From Amphiscolops sp. MND2022 (taxonomy: Eukaryota): a DNA stretch of 64,000 bases. Both the position numbers and the translations under genes were made by a program. The notes under the pieces were generated by a model. The model had not been told where the DNA came from, made no database searches, and saw only the letters and a list, made by a program, of their open reading frames with translations. This document shows positions 48,601 through 62,600 of this stretch, piece by piece. The stretch covers positions 47,616,001-47,680,000 of the forward strand of contig OZ076420.1 in assembly GCA_964187785.1 (NCBI GenBank), written 5' to 3'. The first letter of the stretch is position 1; every line of letters begins with the position of its first letter.

Positions 48601-51600
48601 AGACGACACGAAAGATGCCATTGCATACGTCATCGAGCTCCTAAAGACGGAAGACAGCCCATCCAACAACTAAAACTTCTGGTTTCTAACACCAGAAAAC
48701 CCAGGAGATCCAAAAACACATACACCAATCCAAAGCAGGATACTTCGAGAAATCCAAGAACTCGAAAATATACAAAAGTAAAGCCCCACAAGCAGTCCCG
48801 AAAAACGGGAATCCTTCCTCAAAAATTTCAAACATATGACTCCCAATTAAACGACGAAGTCAAGAAAGACATAGAAGAAATCCTAATTGAATATAACGAC
48901 ATATTCGCATGGCACAAAGTGGACATTGGGATCAATCACCATTTCAAAATAAAGCTAACACCCAAAAACGACGAACTTGCTTATTCACAAACCCTACCGT
49001 TGCCCAATCAACTTAAAAGGAGCTCTCACTGTAAAACTGGCAGTAATGCACTACTTCGGCAGTATAACCACTCTCCCCTTTAGTAAACATGCCACTCCTA
49101 AATGTGACCAACGAAAACCGAACAGAAGCCTATTAGTTGAGCTCAGAAAGATCAACAATCTGATCTCGGATGATTATATCAATAACAATCATCCAGTCAG
49201 CACATTGACGACGCGGCGCAACACCTATCTGGCAAGAAGGTATTTTGTAAGCTTGATTGCTCTCAAGCTTACCACGTACTGCAGATGGCAGATCAGAAGT
49301 CAGTCCAACTTCTCGCGTTCAACTTCGCCAGCAGGGCATTTGCGTAACTCAGGCTGGCCCAGGGCCTCAGTCGTTCACTCTCATCCTTCTCGAGCTTTAT
49401 GAGAGAGAATGCGCCCAGTATGTGGATGACATTGGTATAGCCACCAACACCCCCAAAGAGCTAAAACAAATAACTTGAGAGAAATGTTCCAATGCATCAG
49501 CACAGCAGTATTCCGGCTCTCAATGGCTAAATGTCAATTTGGAGCGAACGAAGTGAAATTCATAGGACGCACAATCACTCCCCTAGGCGTGGCACCACAA
49601 GACCACAAGATACAGAATTACCTGAAAACACTCAAATTTACGAGAACGAAAAATGGACTACAGCGTTACATATTGGGTTCGTACAGTATTACAGAAACTA
49701 CATACCCCGACTTTCCAAAAAAATCGCCCCGTTCCACCAGATCATCAAATTGGACGATCCGGCCAAGATCCGGCTCCAAAAGTACTGTCAAAAAACGACA
49801 AGAAAAATGCCATTGCATACGTCACCGAGCTCCTAAAGACGGAAGACAGTCCACCCAACAACTAAAACTTCTGGTTTCCAACACCAGAAAACCCAGGAGA
49901 TCCAAAAACACACACCAATCCAAAGCAGGATACTTCGAGAAATCCAAGAACTCGAAAAGATACAAAAGTAAAGCCCCACAAGCAGTCCCGAAAAACGGGA
50001 AACCTTCCTCAAAAATTTCAAATAGGTTGACTCCCAATTAAACGACGAAGTCAAGAAAGACATAGAAGAAATCCTAACTGAAAATAGCGACATTTTCGCA
50101 TGGCACAAAGTGGACATTGGGATCAATCACCATTTCAAAATAAAGCTAACACCCAAAAACGACGAACTTGCTTATTCACAAACCCTACCGTTGCCCAATC
50201 AGTTTGAAAGAAGCTCTCACTGTAGAACTGACAGTAATGCACTACTTCGGCATTATAACCACTCTCCCCTTTAGTAAATATGCCACTCCTAAATGTGACC
50301 AACGAAAACCGAACAGAAGCCTCTTAGTTGAGCTCAGAAAGATCAACAATCTGATCTCGGATGATTATAAGAATAACAATCATCCAGTCAGCACATTGAC
50401 GACGCGGCGCAACACCTATCTGGCAAGAAGGTATTTTGTAAGCTTGATTGCTCTCAAGCCTACCACGTACTGCAGATGGCAGATCAGAAGTCAGTCCAAC
50501 TTCTCGCGTTCAACTTCGCCAGCAGGGCATTTGCGTAACTCAGGCTGGCCCAGGGCCTCAGTCGTTCACTCTCATCCTTCTCGAGCTTTATGAGAGAGAA
50601 TGCGCCCAGTATGTGGATGACATTGGTATAGCCACCAACACCCCCAAAGAGCTAAAACAAATAACTTGAGAGAAATGTTCCAATGCATCAGCACAGCAGT
50701 ATTCCGGCTCTCAATGGCTAAATGTCAATTTGGAGCGAACGAAGTGAAATTCATAGGACGCACAATCACTCCCCTAGGCGTGGCACCACAAGACCACAAG
50801 ATACAGAATTACCTGAAAACACTCAAATTTACGAGAACGAAAAATGGACTACAGCGTTACATATTGGGTTCGTACAGTATTACAGAAACTACATACCCCG
50901 TCTTTCCGAAAAAATCGCCCCGTTCCACCAGATCATCAAGTTGGACGATCCGGCCAAGATCCGGCTGCAAAAGTACTGTCAAAAAACGACAAGAAAAATG
51001 CCATTGCATACGTCACCGAGCTCCTAAAGACGGAAGACAGTCCACCCAACAACTAAAACTTCTGGTTTCCAACACCAGAAAACCCAGGAGATCCAAAAAC
51101 ACATACACCAATCCAAAGCAGGATACTTCGAGAAATCCAAGAACTCGAAAAGATACAAAAGTAAAGCCCCACAAGCAGTCCCGAAAAACGGGAAACCTTC
51201 CTCAAAAATGTCAAATAGGTTGACTCCCAATTAAACGACGAAGTCAAGAAAGACATAGAAGAAATCCTAACTGAATATAGCGACATTTTCGCATGGCACA
51301 AAGTGGACATTGGGATCAATCACCATTTCAAAATAAAGCTAATACCCAAAAACGACGAACTTGCTTATTCACAAACCCTACCGTTGCACAATCAACTTAA
51401 AAGAAGCTCTCACTGTAGAACTGACAGTAATGCACTACTTCGGCATTATAACCACTCTCCCCTTTAGTAAATATGCCACTCCTAAATGTGACCAACGAAA
51501 ACCGAACAGAAGCCTCTTAGTTGAGCTCAGAAAGATCAACAATCTGATCTCGGATGATTATATGAATAACAATCATCCAGTCAGCACATTGACGACGCGG

Positions 51601-53685
51601 CGCAACACCTATCTGGCAAGAAGGTATTTTGTAAGCTTGATTGCTCTCAAGCCTACCACGTACTGCAGATGGCAGATCAGAAGTCAGTCCAACTTCTCGC
51701 GTTCAACTTCGCCAGCAGGGCATTTGCGTAACTCAGGCTGGCCCAGGGCCTCAGTCGTTCACTGTCATCCTTCTCGAGCTTTATGAGAGAGAATGCGCCC
51801 AGTATGTGGATGACATTGGTATAGCCACCAACACCCCCAAATAGCGAAAACAAATAACTTGAGAGAAATGTTCCAATGCATCGGTACAGCAGTATTCCGG
51901 CTCTCAATGGCTAAATGTCAATTTGGAGCGAACGAAGTGAAATTCATAGGACGCACAATCACTCCCCTAGGCGTGGCACCACAAGACCACAAGATACAGA
52001 ATTACCTGAAAACACTCAAATTTACGAGAACGAAAAATGGACTACAGCGTTACATATTGGGTTCGTACAGTATTACAGAAACTACATACCCCGTCTTTCC
52101 GAAAAAATCGCCCCGTTCCACCAGATCATCAAGTTGGACGATCCGGCCAAGATCCGGCTGCAAAAGTACTGTCAAAAAACGACAAGAAAAATGCCATTGC
52201 ATACGTCACCGAGCTCCTAAAGACGGAAGACAGTCCACCCAACAACTAAAACTTCTGGTTTCCAACACCAGAAAACCCAGGAGATCCAAAAACACATACA
52301 CCAATCCAAAGCAGGATACTTCGAGAAATCCAAGAACTCGAAAAGATACAAAAGTAAAGCCCCACAAGCAGTCCCGAAAAACGGGAAACCTTCCTCAAAA
52401 ATTTCAAATAGGTTGACTCCCAATTAAACGACGAAGTCAAGAAAGACATAGAAGAAATCCTAACTGAATATAGCGACATTTTCGCATGGCACAAAGTGGA
52501 CATTGGGATCAATCACCATTTCAAAATAAAGCTAATACCCAAAAACGACGAACTTGCTTATTCACAAACCCTACCGTTGCACAATCAACTTAAAAGAAGC
52601 TCTCACTGTAGAACTGACAGTAATGCACTACTTCGGCATTATAACCACTCTCCCCTTTAGTAAATATGCCACTCCTAAATGTGACCAACGAAAACCGAAC
52701 AGAAGCCTCTTAGTTGAGCTCAGAAAGATCAACAATCTGATCTCGGATGATTATATGAATAACAATCATCCAGTCAGCACATTGACGACGCGGCGCAACA
52801 CCTATCTGGCAAGAAGGTATTTTGTAAGCTTGATTGCTCTCAAGCCTACCACGTACTGCAGATGGCAGATCAGAAGTCAGTCCAACTTCTCGCGTTCAAC
52901 TTCGCCAGCAGGGCATTTGCGTAACTCAGGCTGGCCCAGGGCCTCAGTCGTTCACTCTCATCCTTCTCGAGCTTTATGAGAGAGAATGCGCCCAGTATGT
53001 GGATGACATTGGTATAGCCACCAACACCCCCAAAGAGCTAAAACAAATAACTTGAGAGAAATGTTCCAATGCATCAGCACAGCAGTATTCCGGCTCTCAA
53101 TGGCTAAATGTCAATTTGGAGCGAACGAAGTGAAATTCATAGGACGCACAATCACTCCCCTAGGCGTGGCACCACAAGACCACAAGATACAGAATTACCT
53201 GAAAACACTCAAATTTACGAGAACGAAAAATGGACTACAGCGTTACATATTGGGTTCGTACAGTATTACAGAAACTACATACCCCGTCTTTCCGAAAAAA
53301 TCGCCCCGTTCCACCAGATCATCAAGTTGGACGATCCGGCCAAGATCCGGCTCCAAAAGTACTGTCAAAAAACGACAAGAAAAATGCCATTGCATACGTC
53401 ACCGAGCTCCTAAAGACGGAAGACAGTCCACCCAACAACTAAAACTTCTGGTTTCCAACACCAGAAAACCCAGGAGATCCAAAAACACATACACCAATCC
53501 AAAGCAGAATACTTCGAGAAATCCAAGAACTCGAAAAGATACAAAAGTAAAGCCCCACAAGCAGTCCCGAAAAACGGGAAATCTTCCTCAAAAATTTCAA
53601 ATAGGTTGACTCCCAATTAAACGACGAAGTCAAGAAAGACATAGAAGAAATCCTAACTGAATAAAGCGACATTTTCGCATGGCAC
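45619..53685 (+). mobile_element. Decayed Ty3/gypsy-type gag-PR-RT with a tandemly amplified RT segment; no RNase H, integrase or 3' LTR
   Basis: Gag with a degraded knuckle (CYGCGHPGHVIKTY); protease (DALINSGAFVNCL); RT (QRKPNRSL..VELRKIN, KLDCSQAYH, LAQGL, QYVDDIGI, KCQFG..EVKFIG). Confidence 0.9.
48579..53685 (+). repeat. Tandem array of 1.19-kb RT-derived units (4 full plus 1 partial)
   Basis: Unit starts at 48579, 49771, 50962, 52155 and 53348 (periods 1192, 1191, 1193, 1193). Confidence 0.97.
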
Positions 53686-56600
53686 GTTTTTGAACTATTG
53701 ACGTTCGCTGTGCATACAAGTCTAAGAAGTCAACTGTCCATTATGAAGGCTCTGTATATCCATAAAAGTTCACGCGTTTTTACTCGGAGTGTTTGTTCCG
53801 ATATGTTCCATGTACCTGAAGTAAGAACAGAATCCAGTTGCCAATCAATAAAATATCGCGGAACGCGATTATTGACTCATCTACTAAAATCGAAGATGTT
53901 ACCTCGCCATTATGAATCTATTGGTGAAAATGAGACGAAAAGTTTATTTCGAAAGTTTAATATCGAAAAAAAAATCAACTGCGAACGTCTGGGATACGTA
54001 GTCTTTTGCTGATGCCCCCTGTGTTTGGAGGGCCATCCTCCATTTAGGAATACCTCAAGAGGGTATGTACTGTACACTTCCCCTCTGGTGCTGTGTGTTT
54101 ATTCAGTGATTTGAATGTTCTTTTGTTTGCGTTCATTCATATACATACGTATCAGAGTACAGGCTTCTTTAGTCGAGAGCAGTGAAATTTCCATCACGCG
54201 TCTCTGCGAAAGCTCTCCTTCACACCGCGATCAAAGAACTGGAAGTTTTTTAGAGCAACGGATCTCATTGGCTCTTCAGATTGGCAATGCGGCCTGTGGT
54301 CTAGGAACTGTGAGCGACAGAAATGCGTTTGAAGAAGTTTATTACATACGTCATTTTCTTGCTGTTTATTATTGCAGCGTTTTTGAAACTTGTTTTCACT
54401 TGTCGACTGGGAAGCTGGAATGAGTAGTTCGTTGGTTGTTTTCTGTTGTTATTGGTCTACTGGGATAGTGGCTGCTATGGGGTTTCCTCCTTTCGTTGCA
54501 GGCCACGGGTGTGTCTTCTCGACCCCCCCCCCCCAACAAGATGACTTACATGGAATTTGAATAATGAAGATCCATGATATCTGATAGCAGAATAGACTCA
54601 AATTCTTCTACTTCCAAGAACAATGTTTCCTATCTGTAAACAAGATAATATTTTGCTCCCGGAATCTGAAAATGATGCAAACCAGATTTTGTAGAAGGTC
54701 AGCCCCAGTTAGTAGTTTTCATTACAGGAACTACCTCTTTATCTGGCAGCAGCTGCAGTGCTACCTAGGCTTTGAAGACTACCAGGCATCCGTGATGTTG
54801 AATTTTACTTTTTTTCGACAACTCTATCAATAATAATCGCAAACTTCATTAGTGCTGTAATAACTTCCGATACTCTTCTGTAGCACTCACAAAGATGGTA
54901 ATACTGTTGATAATATACATTTCAGCAATGATTTCAGCGAATGTATCCAGCTTTGTAGTTGATCAAATCTTTTTATTGAACAACCATTTCCTGATGACAT
55001 TCCAGATTCGTATTCCTGCCTCTTGGGCTGTGTCTCGAGACTGTCTAACTCCACGTTATTCTTTCCACAATTTGAGAAATAATGTGTCTTTCATGAACTG
55101 CTGGTATAATTTAACCTCCTTTGACTATCCCTCTCAAAATTGTACCAACATCTTTAATGACTCCTTCTGGACTGCAATTGGAATGAATTTCCGAATATTT
55201 CGCAAAATTTGCCTTTAATATCCCTGACATTATTCATCGCAAACGATGCATCTCATCGACAGAAAGGAAACAATTCGTAAGAAATGCTCTCGTAATCCTA
55301 CAAGACCGAATCTTACTTTACTCGATAACGTCTCACGAGACTTGGATCAATCGATTAAGTTGTAAAAAGTTTGCTTTTCAATCAGTCATCCCGTGAATTC
55401 GATATCAGACTCGTTGAAACTACTAAATTCTCTGAATAGTACAGTATTTCCGCATACGATGTCCTACAAGTCGGAACATCTAACTCGGAAAGAGGATATC
55501 AGCAGTGCTTTCAATTCTTGCTTTGCTGAAACCTTTCAGTGATGTACTCTATTTAGTTTCGAAAGAGGTGTCCGCCAAGACAGTAACACTTGACGCAGTT
55601 CTTCAGTTTCTCAACGAATCACTAATACTGAACGCCATTCAGAGAACTAAATGCTCGTCCGCTGTAACTTCGGACAGTTTCCCAAGTAAAATTCTTCATC
55701 TTTGCCTACAAATTTTCGCCAGTATTTTCTTTCCACTATTCTCATCAATCATTTTATTATGCTCATTTTCTCCTATGTTGAAGATTTCATATATACATCC
55801 GCTGTTCAAGTCTGGAGTCAAAAATGATGAAACCAACAATAGGCCTATAAGCTTGTTACCAAAAGTTTCGTGATTAATTGAAAGACTTCTCTAACTTTCC
55901 TTATGAGAAAATCAGACAATAAATCATTCCAAGTCAATTTGGTTTCAGTCACGTAAGAGTGCAGTATTCCAGCTGCTTGATTTCATTGAAACTATCAAGT
56001 TTGAAAAGTTCGAACAACGGTACATTCTAGATCTTTTACCACAGCATTCGATGAAGTTCCTCTGAACGTTCTGATATAGAAGCTTTCCAGGTTTGGACTT
56101 GATGATGAATTCCTGAATATTCTCAGTTCCTATGTCAATGACCGACAGCAGCTTGAAAATTTCTGTGACTACTTGTCAAACACCATTCGTGTTATAAGTA
56201 GTGGTCAGTATTGGCTCCGCTGCTATTTTTATTTTTTGTCAACGATTTGCCAGCCATATTCCTTGACTCTTTACCCTGGCTTTTTCCAGACGATTTGAAG
56301 CTGCTCTTTTGTTCTCTCGACGTTAATAATGACATCGCTGGACTCGCTTTCTGGAACCTCTTAAACGGTTTGATTGTAAGTGTAGAAACATGTAGTTACA
56401 TTTAATCTCAAATGGACCAATTTTAGCAACTATGAAAAAAACAAAGCAAGAAGAGCCTTCTTCCTTCTGAAATCAACTATTCCGTAGCCCATCGGATGTC
56501 AAATACAACCTTTACCTAAGAACAGTCCTTTCCGTCATCATTTATGGTTCGCAAATTTGGCCTGCAGATGCGCAGATGCTGAGAATATTGGAGAACTTTC

Positions 56601-57258
56601 AGAAGTTTTGTTTCCATTGGGTTCTTGGCTGTAGGTTGACTTATTCCGGAACTCTAAACAATTTTCTCTGACATTCCATATCCAGCTGAGACTATTTTGC
56701 ATGTTTTTAGACACTCTTTCGAACAAATACATCTTCAATCAAAGTGAATATGTCCAGATTAAACTTCCACCCAGGGAAAATAAGAGATGGAAATGTATCA
56801 AACCAATAAAGTCTCTGCGTAGCTCAACAGCAGACGACTCGTTCTTCTCAAGATCTGCTAATATGTACAATTGATTATCTACATCGACACTCGATAATTG
56901 AGCACAATGATACTAAAATTAGGTAAAAATGCCAGAAATTTTTGAAAACTAAACCGTTCGATATCCACATTATGTGCACTTTCATCTGTTGTTCATGTAA
57001 TAAATGTAAATGTACTCTCATTATTATCTGACTTTGCTCTCCATAATGTCAGCAGACAAGTCTATCCATTTTGTATCCAAGTCTATCCATCTCATAGTAT
57101 CACGTGTCGTGCGCGATGTCTCAATCCACTGACAAGAACGCATTATTTCATTTGTTGTTAATGTAGCAAACGTACATTCAGCATTATCTGACTTAGCTTT
57201 CTATCGTTTGTTTTGTTGAGTATTAATTTAATTGGATTTTCTAGTGAGAAATGAGTCT

Positions 57259-57263
<5 letters not shown>

Positions 57264-57295
<32 letters not shown>
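57264..57295. repeat. (CT)16 microsatellite
   Basis: Counted directly; paralog of (CT)11 in copy A. Confidence 0.95.
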
Positions 57296-57298
<3 letters not shown>

Positions 57299-59655
57299 TT
57301 ATAGACTTAAAAAACCAGCGAAAGAACGCTTTTCTTTAGATTTTATGACGCTGAACCAAAAATTGTTTACGCTTGCAAAAGTTCAAACGTCATTTCGTCT
57401 TTTCAAAACACTTCGCTTTTAACCCTGAGCTTGTTCATTACATCGTTGCCAAGCACGTCAGCCGTCATGACCAGTTTCATTCAGCGTTTCATGAATTAAA
57501 TCTTCTTCGTCAAAGTATATTTATATACTGATTGTCACAGCCTCAGCTAAGCTGGGAGTACTGCCACGCGCTAAGCTCAGTCTATGGAGAGAAAAATGGG
57601 AGTAGAAGAAGAAATGAGAGTAGAAGAAGTAAGTGGAAGCAACCGAAGAAACAATACCTAAAACAATCAACATACAACTGTTTTGTGCTATATGTTATTA
57701 TTAATCTAAAATAACGGCGCTGAAACAATATAATAATCAAATGGAAATACATACCACAATTTATATAACTAATTACAATTATATGCAAACATACATATAG
57801 TGTTTCAACCAGTATGAAGGTTTTGCGCAGTTCTTAGTATCTAATACAGTGCTATATATCTAATAACAATTGAATGATGGGGCCTAGCAAGCGGCCTGGG
57901 GAATAGAATGGCAGAACCGCGGCCTGGCAACCGGCTTCGAATGTGAGAAGCGAAGCGCCGGCCTGGCGGGTGGCCTGAGATTGAAATGTGCTGTGCGCTA
58001 TTCTCTGAGAATAAACACGTTACTGTTAAGTACATGTAAACCTGTTAATGTGTTAGATGGATAAATGAAAGAATGCTATCCATGTAATTGTGCGAAATAA
58101 CTCAACATTCGTGATGATTGTACAAATGTTATGTACTGCGGCCCAGGACGCGGCGTGGGATGAAAGTTAAAGTCCATTGTAGAAACGGAAATTACTCATG
58201 ATTCCGAATGATGGTTGTTGATTGCATGTAATATATAACACTATCTTTCATGTAAACTATGTTTGAAATAATGAATGCTACTACTAGTTATCTACTATAT
58301 AAGGAGGGTTGTTCAGTCTCCCAGCTGAACAATTCAAAACTCAGCACAAATAGCGTGAGCAGATTTCACAAATCAGTCGTACTGCAAATTGACTGACATT
58401 CAGATCGCTACTAATATACAATGAAAAATACAACCTTGAACGAACAAACGAATGAAGGTATCTTTATTCTTGACCACAATCAACCAGACCAATCGAGCTA
58501 AAGGCCCAGTACACCTCCGCCAAAACACCTATTAATCAATCCACCGCCAACAGTCATTATTTACGTGTTTGTGAAGACGGCAAACCAACACGTGGTCCTA
58601 GTCCACGAACGGCAACCTATTAACGCCATCAATGTGGAAGACGATCAAGGCACAATAGGACGCTTCACGCAAGATAATCCAGTCATCCCCGACGATGTTT
58701 TTCTAGGCCCTATTAGCAACTGCAGCAGTTCAGAAGGATACTGTTCGGGCAGTGACTGGGACACCGATTCAACTTGGTGGTCCTACAACTCGATGCGGGA
58801 TGACCTGCCGACCCTATTTGTCACACCCATTCGATCTATCTCCCAATTCGTTCTCACAGATGAGACTGAGCACAGAAGCCAAGGACTGTCACAGCCCCAG
58901 CTAAGCTGTGAGTACTGCCACGCGTTTTTCCTAATGAATCTAAGGGTAAATATCCATGATTACGAATGATGGCTGTCGATTGCATGTAATTTATAACTCT
59001 ATCTTTCATGTATATTATGTTTGAAATATTGAATGCCCTTGATCGCCGCTTGAGGCCAGGATTTTGACCACCCAGCACTTTTTGACGTTTTTTACTCTGA
59101 AATTCCGGTGTTTCGAACAAATCATAATTTTGCACAGTATTTTGAAGATTGCTAGATTGAATCGACAGACATTTTGTCCTCTGTAAATTTTGTTTGTCAT
59201 CATTTTATTGCTTATTGTTCTTTCATCAGCTGTAATGTGATGATTCATCTCTTCACTTTCATTGCCAAGTTCAGCTTAAAGGCAGGAATTGGAGGTGAAG
59301 GGAAGCGGAGCCGCAACTCAGACAGGAAGCGGAAGCTTGCTCTCCTTGGAAAGCATGAACAAATTGAGGGTGTGAGTTCAACAAAGCGGAACCTAACTTC
59401 CGGTTTCCCCGCTTTAGAAGGACGCGGCGCTGAACGAGGCGTGAAGGTTGTGTGCAATTTACCCCGCTCTTGTGAGTGGAAAGTATAAAAAGTTGAGGTT
59501 TTGGGATTGATTTCAGTTAATAATTTTGCAAATTTTTAACCTTTTGATCCGTTATTGATAATATAAAAAACCTTACAAACTTCAAGTTTTCTTCACTACA
59601 TTGTAGAAATTTCCAAGCCAAATTTTCCTGCCTAAGACAGTTCTGTAAAACTAAA

Positions 59656-62600
59656 ATGCCTGAAAAATCATCCAAGAGGAAAGCCAGGAGATATTCTCCA
59701 ACTAATTTGCTAGATGAACCTGAGGCTGCAAGTTTGAGGACCGAGAACGTTCCGAGCGTTTCTGACAAAGATTTTTCCGAGATCTCTGAAAAAGTTGAGA
59801 AATCTGTCAGCAGGAGAAAACAAGAAATTGAAACCAATCGAAGAGCGATTCTTAAATTGATAAAAAAAACTTATCTTCCAAAATCGACACACTATCTGGT
59901 AAAACACCTGGGACTACTGTTTCGGAAACGAACGAAACCATTCCTGAAAACATGGTTTTAACCTCTAGATCGATAGAATAAAATGAAATGACCGAAGCTG
60001 GAGGTCACTACATAGTGACAGGAGTAACTGAACCCCACAACACACCTACAGTATCGTCAAGTTTGCCACCTCCCAACCAGAAGTACCCAGAGACATAGTG
60101 GAGAAACTACTGGAGTACCTCAAAAATGTCACCCAACAAAATCTAGGACCTCCTAGATTACCAAAAGCCTTGTCGCCAACAATGCCATCTTTCGATGGAC
60201 GCAATGATAAAATTGAGCACTTCGAAGACATCTTCACAACGAATTTTAAGGTGTATTCAAATATCTCGGAAGAAGATCAGATACACTACTTCCATTCCTT
60301 TCTCAGAGGCGATACCTTGCAAACGTACCGAAAAATGACGGACACAAACCGTGCCAGTCTCGAAGATATCATCACTACATTTCACCGCAGATACGTCCGC
60401 CCCAACCTGTGGCAACAGCTCGATGTAATTGGGAACAACTTCATTTCGACCCTTCCCACCAAAAATACCAAAATTTTATGGAACAACGTCAAAAACATGC
60501 CCAAGAGGGGTATAGGGACGATGCACCAAAATACGTCGAAGCCTCATTTTATGCCACAACGCCGCCACACCTCCAGAGAGCCTAAATCAGCTCGGCTGGA
60601 AACTGAGTCCTATGAAACCATGGTCCAGCACCTGGAACGTGGAATGGATCTGAACGGCCTGTCAGCTTCCATCGACAGCAGCTTTACCGGGGTACACCAA
60701 GTCAAGGTACTGGGCCCACAACAAACACAAAATGCACCCAAGCCGGCGGGACTATGTTACGGATGTGGACATCCTGGTCACGTCATCAAAACTTACACGA
60801 AAAGGGCCTGAGAAGCAAATCAAGGAAAGGGGGCCCAAATGGGCTACCAATCACCAGTTCCCACGGCAGTACAACCTCAAATCCAAACTCTCAAGATCAA
60901 ACCCAGCAAAAAAACTAGTTCCGCCACATCTTCAGTTTGGGGAGATTGTTGGAACCCGACAATGTACAACATCGGAACCCCCAAATACATACGACCAAGA
61001 ACTACTTGACGAGTGCCATGATCAACCATCTCTCGACTGGCAGCGAAGATGGCAGATCCATGATCTCCCCGACATAATCGACAAACAACTACTAAACCAA
61101 ATTTTCTGCAATGGTACATCTAAAACCCAACCTACTACAATACTACCAAACAACGCCTACCAGTAAGTACCTTCCCTGAAAGCTACATACATGATCCGGA
61201 CTATAACTGCGACCTATACTACACCGCCAAAATCTACGACAGAAAACTCCTTACCTCTAAACAACAGAATATTACGCCATTCGAGGAGTACATTAGGAAA
61301 ACAGGCATGAATATTTCAACAAAACCCCGGCATCAACCAAAACACATCCAACCAGTCCCTGAATACGATCAAGATGACGAAGGTGTTACTGAAATTTTAG
61401 CGGACCACACAAACCAAACAAAATCAATCCTAAAAATCAAAGGATCAACTCCTATCATTACACTCTCGCCAACCAAATACCAAATACCAAACACTATCAG
61501 GCCGGTAACCTCAGATCATCAGCAACGGAAATCGCACCCGACTTTCACTCAATCGAAAACGAAACCAGCGGGCCCACGACTGAAGCCGTGGACCCGGCCC
61601 ACATGCAAAGGACCACGGAAACAACCATCTCCAAACCGCCAACAAGGAGACTCGAAAAATCTCTGCTTTTGCAACCCCTCTCCTCCGAAGAGACGCTAGT
61701 CTCCACCTCCTCTCACGATAGTCAGTCAGGAATTGAAGTCAAGGACCCTCGACCGATAACGATTGACGCACCCAACATGCAATCTGAACCCCCCTCAGGT
61801 GATGTAAACAACACACCAACCCAGGACGAACCCCAGTCCTATCTCATAGACAAGATTGCAGAATACCTCACCCGAGACCTTATAACCAAAGAAACGTGCA
61901 TTCCAATTTTCTCAGCATTTACCCTCAAGAAAAAGAAGAAAATGCTTTTTGCCGCCACGGATTTCCACGAACTCACCCTAGATGCACTCATCAATTCAGG
62001 CGCCTTCGTCAACTGCCTGTCAGAAACAGACTACGCCACAATACAGCAGATGTCACTCCAAAAAAATGGAGCCACCCCGTTCAAACTTCAAGTCGCAAAT
62101 GGCGACATTGAAACACCGACCAAAACAATATCGATCCAGTTTGAAATAGGAGACTGGAACTTCAAACAAACGTTCATTGTCGCTAAGAGAATCACTGGAC
62201 CCATACTGGGCATCACTTTTCTCAAAAACAACAGCGCCATTCTCGATGTGAGTCAGGGGTTAGTAAACTTTCCTCGCTTCAAATACTTTATCGAAACCGA
62301 CGAGAATACCCGAAACAAAAAGCTATAGAAGGTCCAAACCAAAACCCTTACCGCCCAAGACAACCCAAGCATATACTGTTCATGCTGATGTTTCATCGAC
62401 CATCGACACAACCGGTGGCATCAGCCCAGCTACAAACCACTGCAGCGGTGACCCCCTAGTTGTTGCAAGTTCATTTTCTCCAGCATCGAGATGAAAAATT
62501 GAAGTCAGGGTGACCAATACCACACCAACACCCTACATCATCAAAGAGAACACGACAGTTGCGGAATTCAAAATGATGTCCCCCGAAAAAGCAAAAGAGC

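Larger units (their letters stand above)
39649..53685. repeat. 14.0-kb tandem segmental duplication, copy A
   Basis: Colinear with 53683-64000; offsets 14027-14040; about 99% identical by eye. Confidence 0.97.

Noticed and set aside
49475-53609. The many 70-190 aa ORFs in the RT array as novel genes
   Set aside because: They are off-frame or antisense readings of the broken RT, repeated with each unit.
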